A stretch of 32,000 nt of DNA, from assembly GCF_009734345.1 (NCBI RefSeq), contig NZ_CP032551.1, positions 750,001-782,000 of the forward strand, read 5' to 3'. A program made the translations under genes and the position numbers. Under the pieces are notes generated by a model. It saw only the letters and a list, made by a program, of their open reading frames with translations. It searched no databases and was not told where the DNA came from. The DNA comes from Pseudidiomarina andamanensis. GTDB lineage: Bacteria > Pseudomonadota > Gammaproteobacteria > Enterobacterales > Alteromonadaceae. Below, piece after piece: positions 21,578-28,873 of this stretch; within the stretch, counting starts at the first letter, position 1; each line of letters starts with the position of its first letter.

Positions 21578-22413
21578 TGAGTTTTAAAAGTACCGACAGC
21601 TATATCGTGGCCGATGACCTCGGCCTTGCGGTAAACGCAGCAGTCACTCTTGAGAAGCCATTGCTCATAAAGGGCGAGCCCGGTACTGGTAAAACCCGAC
21701 TGGCGGAAGAACTCGCCGCTAGTTTGGGCGCACCGTTGATTCGCTGGCAAATTAAATCGACAACCAAAGCGCAACAAGGCTTGTACGAGTATGATGCCGT
21801 GTCGCGGTTGCGCGATAGCCAGCTTGGTAGTGACAAAGTTCACGACATTGCCAACTACATTAAGCCGGGCAAATTGTGGCAAGCCTTTACTGCCGATGAG
21901 CGCCCAGTTTTGCTGATTGATGAAATTGATAAGGCGGACATTGAATTCCCGAATGACCTCTTACACGAGCTCGATCAGATGGAATTTCACGTGTATGAGA
22001 CTGGCGAGCAAGTGCGCGCCGAACATCGCCCAATTGTCATCATCACCTCGAATAATGAAAAAGAACTGCCGGATGCATTCTTGCGCCGATGTTTCTTCCA
22101 TTATATTAAGTTTCCGGATGCCGACACCTTGGCGCAAATTGTGCAGGTACACTACCCTGACATTCGCAAAGACTTGCTTAGCACCGCACTCGAAGTGTTC
22201 TTCGATTTACGCCAAGTACCGAGTCTGAAGAAAAAACCTTCTACTTCGGAGCTGATTGATTGGTTAAAGCTATTGCTAGCTGAAGACATCAAACCGGCCG
22301 AGCTTGCCAAAAGCAACGGCTTAATGCCGATGTTTGGTGCGTTGCTGAAAAACGAACAAGACGTGCAGTTGGTTGAGAAACTAGCATTTATGTCACGTCG
22401 CCAATCGTCATAA
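21577..22413 (+). CDS. MoxR/CoxD-like AAA+ ATPase
   Basis: Walker A GEPGTGKT and Walker B VLLIDEIDKA. It is paired with a downstream VWA protein. Confidence 0.88.
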   Translation: MSFKSTDSYIVADDLGLAVNAAVTLEKPLLIKGEPGTGKTRLAEELAASLGAPLIRWQIKSTTKAQQGLYEYDAVSRLRDSQLGSDKVHDIANYIKPGKLWQAFTADERPVLLIDEIDKADIEFPNDLLHELDQMEFHVYETGEQVRAEHRPIVIITSNNEKELPDAFLRRCFFHYIKFPDADTLAQIVQVHYPDIRKDLLSTALEVFFDLRQVPSLKKKPSTSELIDWLKLLLAEDIKPAELAKSNGLMPMFGALLKNEQDVQLVEKLAFMSRRQSS

Positions 22414-22417
22414 CTCT

Positions 22418-23629
22418 ATGCTCATTGAGTTTTTCTTATGCCTGCGCAAGCATGGCCTCAAAACCAGCCTCACCGAGCTCTTAGATTTGCTCGGTGCGCT
22501 GGAGCGCGGCGTGGTGTTTGGCAATGTGGATGACTTCTATACCCTCGCCCGCTTGGTGCTGGTGAAAGATGAAAGCCAATATGATCGCTTTGATCGTGCT
22601 TTTGCCGAGTACTTCGAAGGTGTTGAACAAGTGGACTTGGCCGCAGCTATTCCCGCCGATTGGTTGGAGCGTAGTTTGCAACGTCAGCTCAGCGAAGAAG
22701 ATAAAGCAAAGCTGCAATCGCTCGGTGGGCTCGATGAGTTGTTAAAGACTTTTCGCGAGCGCTTAGCCGAGCAACAAAAGCGACACGCTGGCGGCAATAA
22801 ATGGATTGGTACCGGCGGTACATCGCCTTTTGGCGCTTATGGTTACCACCCTGAAGGCATTCGTATTGGCCAAGATGGCAGCAACGCGCGACGCGCTGTG
22901 AAAGTATGGGATAAACGTGAATTTCGTGATCTCGATGGCGATGCCGAGTTGGCGAATCGAAACCTGCAATTGGCGCTACGCAAACTGCGCAAGTTTGCAC
23001 GAACTGGCGCTGCCGAAGAACTCGATTTGAACGCCACCATTCGTGCTACCTCACAAAAGGGTGGGTTGCTTGACCTACAATGGCAGCCAGAGCGCCACAA
23101 CGCAGTGAAAGTTTTGCTGTTGTTTGACGTGGGCGGCTCAATGGATGACTACATTTATGAGTGCGAACAGTTGTTTGCTGCTGCTCGCAACGAATTTAAA
23201 CACCTTGAGTTTTTCTATTTTCACAATTGCGTGTACGAACATGTCTGGAAGGACAACAATCGGCGTTATGACGAGAAGTTACCACTGCTAGAGCTAATTA
23301 ATCGCTATGGCCGTGATTACAAGCTGATATTTGTCGGCGATGCCACTATGGGACCGTACGAAATAGCCTACCCTGGCGGTAGTGTCGAACATTGGAATGA
23401 AGAGCCAGGTGCGGTATGGATGCAACGTTTGTTGCATCATTTCTCCGATGCGGCTTGGTTAAATCCTCAGCCAACCAGCCACTGGCGCTACTATCAATCG
23501 ATTGATTTAATGCAGCAGTTGATGAGCCAGCGCATGTATCCGCTGACTCTAGACGGCATTAGCGCTGCCATTACGACGCTGTTGAAAAAATCTGTCGCAG
23601 CTGCGGCGCCTTCACCATCAAACTCTTAA
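22418..23629 (+). CDS. VWA-domain (CoxE-like) protein
   Basis: MIDAS-like segment LLLFDVGGSMD. It starts 4 nt after the MoxR stop. Confidence 0.8.
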   Translation: MLIEFFLCLRKHGLKTSLTELLDLLGALERGVVFGNVDDFYTLARLVLVKDESQYDRFDRAFAEYFEGVEQVDLAAAIPADWLERSLQRQLSEEDKAKLQSLGGLDELLKTFRERLAEQQKRHAGGNKWIGTGGTSPFGAYGYHPEGIRIGQDGSNARRAVKVWDKREFRDLDGDAELANRNLQLALRKLRKFARTGAAEELDLNATIRATSQKGGLLDLQWQPERHNAVKVLLLFDVGGSMDDYIYECEQLFAAARNEFKHLEFFYFHNCVYEHVWKDNNRRYDEKLPLLELINRYGRDYKLIFVGDATMGPYEIAYPGGSVEHWNEEPGAVWMQRLLHHFSDAAWLNPQPTSHWRYYQSIDLMQQLMSQRMYPLTLDGISAAITTLLKKSVAAAAPSPSNS

Positions 23630-24020
23630 GCGAATACTGGCTTAGGTAGTCATAAAACAACTCTTTACCACGTGCGACAATGCCTTTCAGTTCGCACGCT
23701 GGTAACGCTACGCAGTATGGATTTTCGCATTCAATCCATTTTTCATCGCCTTCAAGCTGGCGAATCACAAATGCCAGTGAGATATCTTCCGGTTTCTTCG
23801 CCAGTAAAAAGCCACCGTTCTTGCCACGACGCGTTTCAATCAGTTCTAGACGCCCTAAATGATGTACCACTTTATTCACATGATTGGCTGACAGACCAAA
23901 GGTGTCACAAATTTCACGAATGGTGGCTAGCTTTGGTTCGGTGCAGTTTCCATCTGCTTCAAAGCTCGCCAAATACATCAAAATGCGCAAGCCATAATCT
24001 GTATATTTTTTCAGCTGCAT
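23571..24020 (-). CDS. nsrR: Rrf2-family Fe-S transcriptional regulator, NsrR-like
   Basis: MQLKKYTDYGLRILMYLA wHTH and a three-Cys cluster (CENPYCVALPAC). Start is taken at the internal ATG at 24020, which aligns with the E. coli NsrR N-terminus. Confidence 0.85.
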   Translation of the reverse strand: MQLKKYTDYGLRILMYLASFEADGNCTEPKLATIREICDTFGLSANHVNKVVHHLGRLELIETRRGKNGGFLLAKKPEDISLAFVIRQLEGDEKWIECENPYCVALPACELKGIVARGKELFYDYLSQYSLKSLMVKAPQLRQIFSTAS

Positions 24021-24108
24021 AGATTGTCCAAAAAGGTACATTTTCGAGGCATTATAGTATAGCAAACCTTGATCTTCATCAAACATACATTCATAATGCG
24101 CTTTATAA

Positions 24109-24131
24109 AAACATGCATTGGAGATGTATTT
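24109..24131. promoter_or_regulatory. Two NsrR-half-site-like motifs
   Basis: AACATGCATTG and GAGATGTATTT resemble the AAGATGYATTT half-site. They lie directly upstream of the ATG at 24133, divergent from nsrR. Confidence 0.3.
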
Positions 24132-24132
24132 T

Positions 24133-24366
24133 ATGAGTCAGCAACGTTCCGGTCATAAATTACTCAAGGGCGCTAACTTAGCTATGGTGATTTTCTTAGT
24201 CTTATTCTTAGTTGTCGCCTATTTAGCATGGGGTTTAGAGGCAGAGTTTCCATTGATGGTGATTGCCGTACTGCACTTCTTGCAAATACTGCTGGCAGGT
24301 TTATTCAAACTGTCTTACGTGGTGCGATTAATAGCGCAGCACCATTTAGGACAACCGCTGCGCTAG
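24133..24366 (+). CDS. Small two-TM membrane protein
   Basis: Two hydrophobic helices. The ATG at 24133 is preferred over the upstream TTG start of the track ORF at 24118. Confidence 0.55.
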   Translation: MSQQRSGHKLLKGANLAMVIFLVLFLVVAYLAWGLEAEFPLMVIAVLHFLQILLAGLFKLSYVVRLIAQHHLGQPLR

Positions 24367-24375
24367 ACGATTGCT

Positions 24376-24654
24376 TTAGTACCCTTCCATAGTGGCGAGG
24401 CCAATTCCGCCAACTAATGCAACGAAGGTGAATAGAACTAAAGCAACAACCATCCATATCAACATAGCGCGCGCCCAATTACGTTTGCTTAGCGGTGTTG
24501 AATGGCTAAATGCCCAAACGATTAACAAAATAAGGCCAACGAGCGGTATACCTGCTAAGAAGATCGATAGAAACCAATTTCCTGTACTTGTGTGCTCTTG
24601 ATTGACGTACGGTGCAGCTTGGTTGTTTGGTGACGTTGTATTCGATTGTTCCAT
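24376..24654 (-). CDS. Small membrane protein (2-3 TM)
   Basis: Polar N-terminus followed by hydrophobic helices. No recognisable family. Confidence 0.55.
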   Translation of the reverse strand: MEQSNTTSPNNQAAPYVNQEHTSTGNWFLSIFLAGIPLVGLILLIVWAFSHSTPLSKRNWARAMLIWMVVALVLFTFVALVGGIGLATMEGY

Positions 24655-24844
24655 GGGTTTATCCCTGTTTTTATTATCATTTTTGAAAGATTAGTCGCAA
24701 TTTTCATTGCGAATTTAAGCATAAGTCACAAATACAAATATGCAAATTAATTAATTTTGGGCAATTGGTTTGACCAAGCGCAAAGAATTTGTTGGCTAGC
24801 TTCATATACTAACATTCACATACATTTCAGATGTGGAGGTAGTC

Positions 24845-25927
24845 ATGGCCGCCGTATTAACTCGTCATCATGATGTACTCGCTGCGCTTCATGCGCCTGA
24901 GCAATTTAGTAATAAGGTTTCCTCTCATTTAAACGTGCCAAATGGAATGGATGGTGCTGAGCACCAGGCTTATCGCGCTCTTATTGAGCCATTCTTTAGT
25001 AACGTTGTACTCACACAATTTCAGCCCAAATTGCAGGTCGTCATTGACGAATTGTTGGCTAATCTTGATGCGCATAACGATGTGGAAGTAATGGAGACGC
25101 TCGCTCACCCATTTGCATTGCGCGCGCAGTGTGCATTTATGGGCTGGCCGGTGGCGTTGGAGCAACGTTTGACTGACTGGATGGCTGCGCAGAACGCGGC
25201 TACTTTGGCGAAAGACCGCCCTACACTTCGAGCATTGGCCGACGAGTTTAGCGATATTGTTGTCGAACAATTCGAGCGCGCTCGTCGTGGTTTGACTGCT
25301 CCTGAATCTGTTACCGCACAGCTCACACAGTTGCGCTTAAACGGCGACCCCGTAGCTGATGACTATTTGGTAAGTATTGTTAGGAATTGGACTGTCGGTG
25401 AACTCGGCACCATTGCCGCCGCGGTTGGATCTATTGTTGGTTTTCTCGCACAAAACTCGGTTGTACAAAAGCAACTACGTGCAGCGCCAATGCATATCGA
25501 CCATGCCATTGATGAAATATTGCGGCTTGGTGCGCCGTTGCTGACCAACCGCCGTCGCACCACCTGCCCTGTAGGCTTTGGTGACCAGTCGTTTGAAGCA
25601 GATACCACGGTAACCATTGATTGGCGTGCCGCGAATACCGACCCTGGCGTTTTTGCCGAACCACACCAGTTTAAATGGGATCGTGATCCTCATTTAAACC
25701 TACTCTATGGTGCGGGCGTTCATGTATGCCCAGGGAAGCCATTGGCACAGTTGGAGCTCAGGTTATTCACACAGAGCTTATTGAATAAATTCACCAAAAT
25801 TGAATTGGGCACTCGGGCTTTCGAGCGTGCAGAGCCTCCGCGCGGCGGTTATCGCCAACTTTGGGTGAAACTTAGTCAATTGAACCACAGCAGCGCAAAA
25901 AGCACTTGCACCGCCGCATTGGAATGA
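24845..25927 (+). CDS. Cytochrome P450 (unusually short, about 360 aa)
   Basis: ExxR (DEILR) and Cys-ligand loop YGAGVHVCPG. ATG at 24845 is preceded by GGAGG. Confidence 0.85.
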   Translation: MAAVLTRHHDVLAALHAPEQFSNKVSSHLNVPNGMDGAEHQAYRALIEPFFSNVVLTQFQPKLQVVIDELLANLDAHNDVEVMETLAHPFALRAQCAFMGWPVALEQRLTDWMAAQNAATLAKDRPTLRALADEFSDIVVEQFERARRGLTAPESVTAQLTQLRLNGDPVADDYLVSIVRNWTVGELGTIAAAVGSIVGFLAQNSVVQKQLRAAPMHIDHAIDEILRLGAPLLTNRRRTTCPVGFGDQSFEADTTVTIDWRAANTDPGVFAEPHQFKWDRDPHLNLLYGAGVHVCPGKPLAQLELRLFTQSLLNKFTKIELGTRAFERAEPPRGGYRQLWVKLSQLNHSSAKSTCTAALE

Positions 25928-25973
25928 CTAATATAGCGCCCGTTCGCATTCGTGAACGTCAGCAATACAATGT

Positions 25974-26050
25974 GCGTCCGTAGCTCAGTTGGTTAGAGCA
26001 CTACCTTGACATGGTAGGGGTCGGTAGTTCGAGTCTACTCGGACGCACCA
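25974..26050 (+). tRNA. tRNA-Val (anticodon GAC)
   Basis: The cloverleaf was folded by hand: acceptor GCGTCCG/CGGACGC, anticodon stem CTACC/GGTAG with loop TTGACAT, T-loop TTCGAGT, and encoded CCA. It is nearly identical to E. coli tRNA-Val(GAC) as I recall it. Confidence 0.95.
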
Positions 26051-26104
26051 TCTTCTTGAAGTTCCAGAGCTCTTAGTTTCATTAAATTTTTGTCGATAAA
26101 TCGG

Positions 26105-27613
26105 CTAAAACAAGCTTAATTGGTTGTCATTTGAAGTCGACTTTGTGGTGCGTTTTTTGCGTGACGCAAACTGCCGGCGGCGCTCTTTATTGCGGTCGGC
26201 GGGCTGTAAGTTATAGCGCGTACGAAGTTCCGCAATAGCGGCTTTTATTTGGCGATGGGATTGCTCGAAATCGACGAGTGGTTCTGGGTAAAAGAAGTCA
26301 TCATTCCACCCAGCTTGTTGCTTGAGCTTATTAGGCATCTGCCATGGCTCAAATAACCATGCGCCCTCCACGTGCTGCAATTCTGGTATCCAGCGCTTCA
26401 CAAACACACCATCTGGATCTAACCGCTGCGCCTGCATCACTGGGTTATAAATTCGAAGAATGGAATTACTCGCCTGCCCGCTTTGCATTTGTACTTGCGG
26501 ATAGTGAATGCCAGGTTCGTAATCCACAAACAACTTCGCAAGCCATTTGGCGACAGGTTGCCAAGGTAAACCCAATGAATACGTTGCTGCCGATACCAAC
26601 ATGGCCCGCATACGGAAGTTAATCCAGCCGTGGTGATGCAAATAGCGCATACAAGCGTCAACCATTGGCCAACCGGTACGTCCGTGTTTCCACGCTTCAA
26701 ACTTTACGGCGTCAAATGCGGGTTCTAGCTGCGCCATTTGCGGAACTAACGGTCGGTTTTCCATATAGCAATGGCTTTCAAAGCGCTGAGTGAAATAACA
26801 GTGCCACCACAATCGCTTGGCAAAATCGTTCAAACTTCGTCGCCAGTAACTGTTTACCGTGCGTTCTTGGATGGCATCAGTTTGCTGGACTAATTCTTTC
26901 AAGCTAATACAGCCGTACGCCAAGTAAGGGCTGAGACGAGAGCACGCAGTTGGTGCCGTCAGCGGTGAGCTGATTGAACCATGATAGCGTTCGCTGCGGC
27001 GGGTTAAAAAGCTCGTTAAAGTCGCCAAGGCTTGCGTACGCCCGCCGCTTTGACGCTTTCGGCATGGATATTCGTCTTGCGTGACGTCTACAGCTAAGTT
27101 AATTGATGGCTCATCGAAAGTGACGAAATCGATTTCACTAGGCAATTCAGCCTGTGGCTGCGACATATACGCAAACCAATGCTCGTGAAACGAACCTTCA
27201 CGTCGCTTCACCGGCCGCACAACACCAAACTGAGCATATTCATGCCATACAACGCCGTTTGAGTGGCACCAGCGTTTTACTGCCTTATCACGTTCAAACG
27301 TCCACGAGTTGCCCTGCTCTTCGTGGCTATGCAGCGTCAACGTCCCAAACCGCTGTTTTAATCTTGTCAGCGTTTCGACCACGTTTCCCTGTGTTATCCA
27401 CAAGGCACCGCCAAGGCGCTGAAGCTGCTCTTGCAAATCAATCAGCGATTCGCGCACAAACTGCCATTGCCGATTACTAGTATCTGGTAATTGCCAGTAG
27501 CCCGGTTCAACTACATAAACGCACAGCACAGGCCCTGTCTTGCTTGCTGCAGCCAAAGCTTGGTGATCAACTGTACGTAAATCGCGTTTAAACCAGACAA
27601 CTTGGAGATTCAT
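26105..27613 (-). CDS. Cryptochrome/photolyase family protein (divergent, basic C-terminal tail)
   Basis: VVWFKRDLRTVDH N-terminus and TGWPMVDACMRYL FAD-domain motif. ATG at 27613 is preferred over GTG at 27622. Confidence 0.88.
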   Translation of the reverse strand: MNLQVVWFKRDLRTVDHQALAAASKTGPVLCVYVVEPGYWQLPDTSNRQWQFVRESLIDLQEQLQRLGGALWITQGNVVETLTRLKQRFGTLTLHSHEEQGNSWTFERDKAVKRWCHSNGVVWHEYAQFGVVRPVKRREGSFHEHWFAYMSQPQAELPSEIDFVTFDEPSINLAVDVTQDEYPCRKRQSGGRTQALATLTSFLTRRSERYHGSISSPLTAPTACSRLSPYLAYGCISLKELVQQTDAIQERTVNSYWRRSLNDFAKRLWWHCYFTQRFESHCYMENRPLVPQMAQLEPAFDAVKFEAWKHGRTGWPMVDACMRYLHHHGWINFRMRAMLVSAATYSLGLPWQPVAKWLAKLFVDYEPGIHYPQVQMQSGQASNSILRIYNPVMQAQRLDPDGVFVKRWIPELQHVEGAWLFEPWQMPNKLKQQAGWNDDFFYPEPLVDFEQSHRQIKAAIAELRTRYNLQPADRNKERRRQFASRKKRTTKSTSNDNQLSLF

Positions 27614-27617
27614 GAAA

Positions 27618-27645
27618 AGCACTTAGAGTGAAATACCTAAGTGCT
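27618..27645 (-). promoter_or_regulatory. Perfect 9-bp hairpin abutting the cryptochrome start codon
   Basis: AGCACTTAG (27618-27626) / CTAAGTGCT (27637-27645) with a 10-nt loop. On the minus strand it is followed by TTTTC and then ATG. Confidence 0.4.
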
Positions 27646-27900
27646 AAAACGTGTGCCAAAGATGAGGAGATCATTCGCGACCGTTATTACGGACAACAAA
27701 ACTTAAGCTTTTTCGTTTATATAGTCGTTTCGATAGCGACGCGATTAGCTTTTGAACTAGGTGTTGGTTATCATCTTTAAATAATCTGAAGCTTCGGTGC
27801 GTCGGTGCTAAGGATTTCTCTAAGGTATTGCAGTCAGATCCTAATTTTTAAGATTGTAGTCTGCTATGTGCCAGGAGCGGACGTTGACGCTCGCATTGGC

Positions 27901-27979
27901 GGCTGGTTTGGAGCGCGGCGGAAAACCAGTCCGGTGGAAGCCCGTAAGGGCCGGAACGAACTTGAATGACTGGTTATGC
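27901..27979 (-). repeat. attC-like element, possibly degenerate terminal attC
   Basis: On the minus strand GCATAAC starts immediately after the TGA stop at 27980. The central segment TTTGGAGCGCGGCGGAAAA is nearly identical to that of the 28786-28857 site. No convincing GTTRRRY partner was found. Confidence 0.45.
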
Positions 27980-28768
27980 TCAAGCACTTGGACCATGCTG
28001 TTTTGGCCCATGCCAGTCGAATGCTTCCAATGTCTGTTGCAGAATATTTTGAAGCCTCTCCATTGATTCCGGTGACACATCAACCTCCCCATAATGACCG
28101 TCAGCCATTGTTGAGGCATATTTGGAGCCATTAAGGGAGTTGAGAATAAGCACACCTCCGTTGGGGGCGCTTATCATATTGTTTTCAACTGGCTTCAGAT
28201 CCAGAGGCTTCGGGTTCCTTCCAGCACCAAGGCCACGCGATCTATCCTCCAAGTGCTGAGCGCTGTTCCTTACTCCTCGAAGATCGGGAAATGCTTCGCC
28301 TACCTGGCCATGCAGCTCTGCAACGATTTCCGGCACACCGTCTTCTCTTGATAAAACCCCAAGGAACTTTTCAAATGAATCAATAGCGTAGAGAAAGGCT
28401 CGAGCGTATATGAAAGGTAAATTGTGCTCGAATTCCCGTGGTTGAAATCCATTCGACCATTTTTCTCTTTTGAACCGGACTTCGGTTTTAAAATTGATCT
28501 CATCCCACTGCTCGTGCCCCAGAAACCCACCGTACTCTTGCTCTATTTCCCGCCTAATCTCACTCCTTCGTTGGGCATCTCGTTCCCAGTTTTCACGGTC
28601 AGCGACTGACGGGCAGACAGATCTGGCTTCAGTAAACAAGTTCAGTGCAAAATTTGCCTCAAAATACTGTGATTTGAGTGATTGCAGCAGATTTCCGATT
28701 TTCCACGACCAATCCCGATCCTCACTTTCGAGCCATGTTCCAGGGGTTACGATTTCAAACACATACAT
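27980..28768 (-). CDS. Hypothetical protein with RNxxxH (HEPN-like) motif; single-gene cassette
   Basis: RNSAQH is encoded at 28253-28270, in a helical context. The start ATG at 28768 is preceded by AGGAG. The track start at 28789 lies inside the attC core. Confidence 0.7.
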   Translation of the reverse strand: MYVFEIVTPGTWLESEDRDWSWKIGNLLQSLKSQYFEANFALNLFTEARSVCPSVADRENWERDAQRRSEIRREIEQEYGGFLGHEQWDEINFKTEVRFKREKWSNGFQPREFEHNLPFIYARAFLYAIDSFEKFLGVLSREDGVPEIVAELHGQVGEAFPDLRGVRNSAQHLEDRSRGLGAGRNPKPLDLKPVENNMISAPNGGVLILNSLNGSKYASTMADGHYGEVDVSPESMERLQNILQQTLEAFDWHGPKQHGPSA

Positions 28769-28785
28769 TGCATATACTCCTAAGA

Positions 28786-28857
28786 GCATAACGCCGCGCT
28801 CTGCGGCAAATTTGGAGCGCAGCGGAAAATTTGTCCGACAGCAGCGCCTTGTTATGC
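28786..28857 (-). repeat. attC recombination site (72 bp)
   Basis: Minus strand reads GCATAAC-AAG-GCGCTGCTGTCGGAC-AAATTT-loop-AAATTT-GCCGCAGAGCGC-GGC-GTTATGC. The R boxes are perfect inverted repeats. Three single-base bulges all lie on the 5' arm. It starts 16 nt after the DprA-like stop. Confidence 0.75.
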
Positions 28858-28873
28858 GAATTTTGCGTCCGTG

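Noticed and set aside
21472-21882. 136-aa minus-strand ORF spanning the junction of the His-rich protein and MoxR genes
   Set aside because: It is antisense to two well-supported, translationally coupled genes and has no recognisable domain.
25974-27650. tRNA-Val as the attachment site of a classical integrase-borne genomic island
   Set aside because: No tyrosine integrase is next to the tRNA, and no direct repeat of the tRNA 3' end was seen downstream. The gene immediately after the tRNA is a normal-composition photolyase-family gene. The accessory DNA is explained instead by attC-bounded cassettes.
27841-28155. 104-aa minus-strand and 66-aa plus-strand ORFs (27866-28066) overlapping the attC-like element and the 3' end of the HEPN-like gene
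   Set aside because: They are out of frame with or antisense to the better-supported 262-aa ORF. They run through the structured attC-like repeat and have no RBS.
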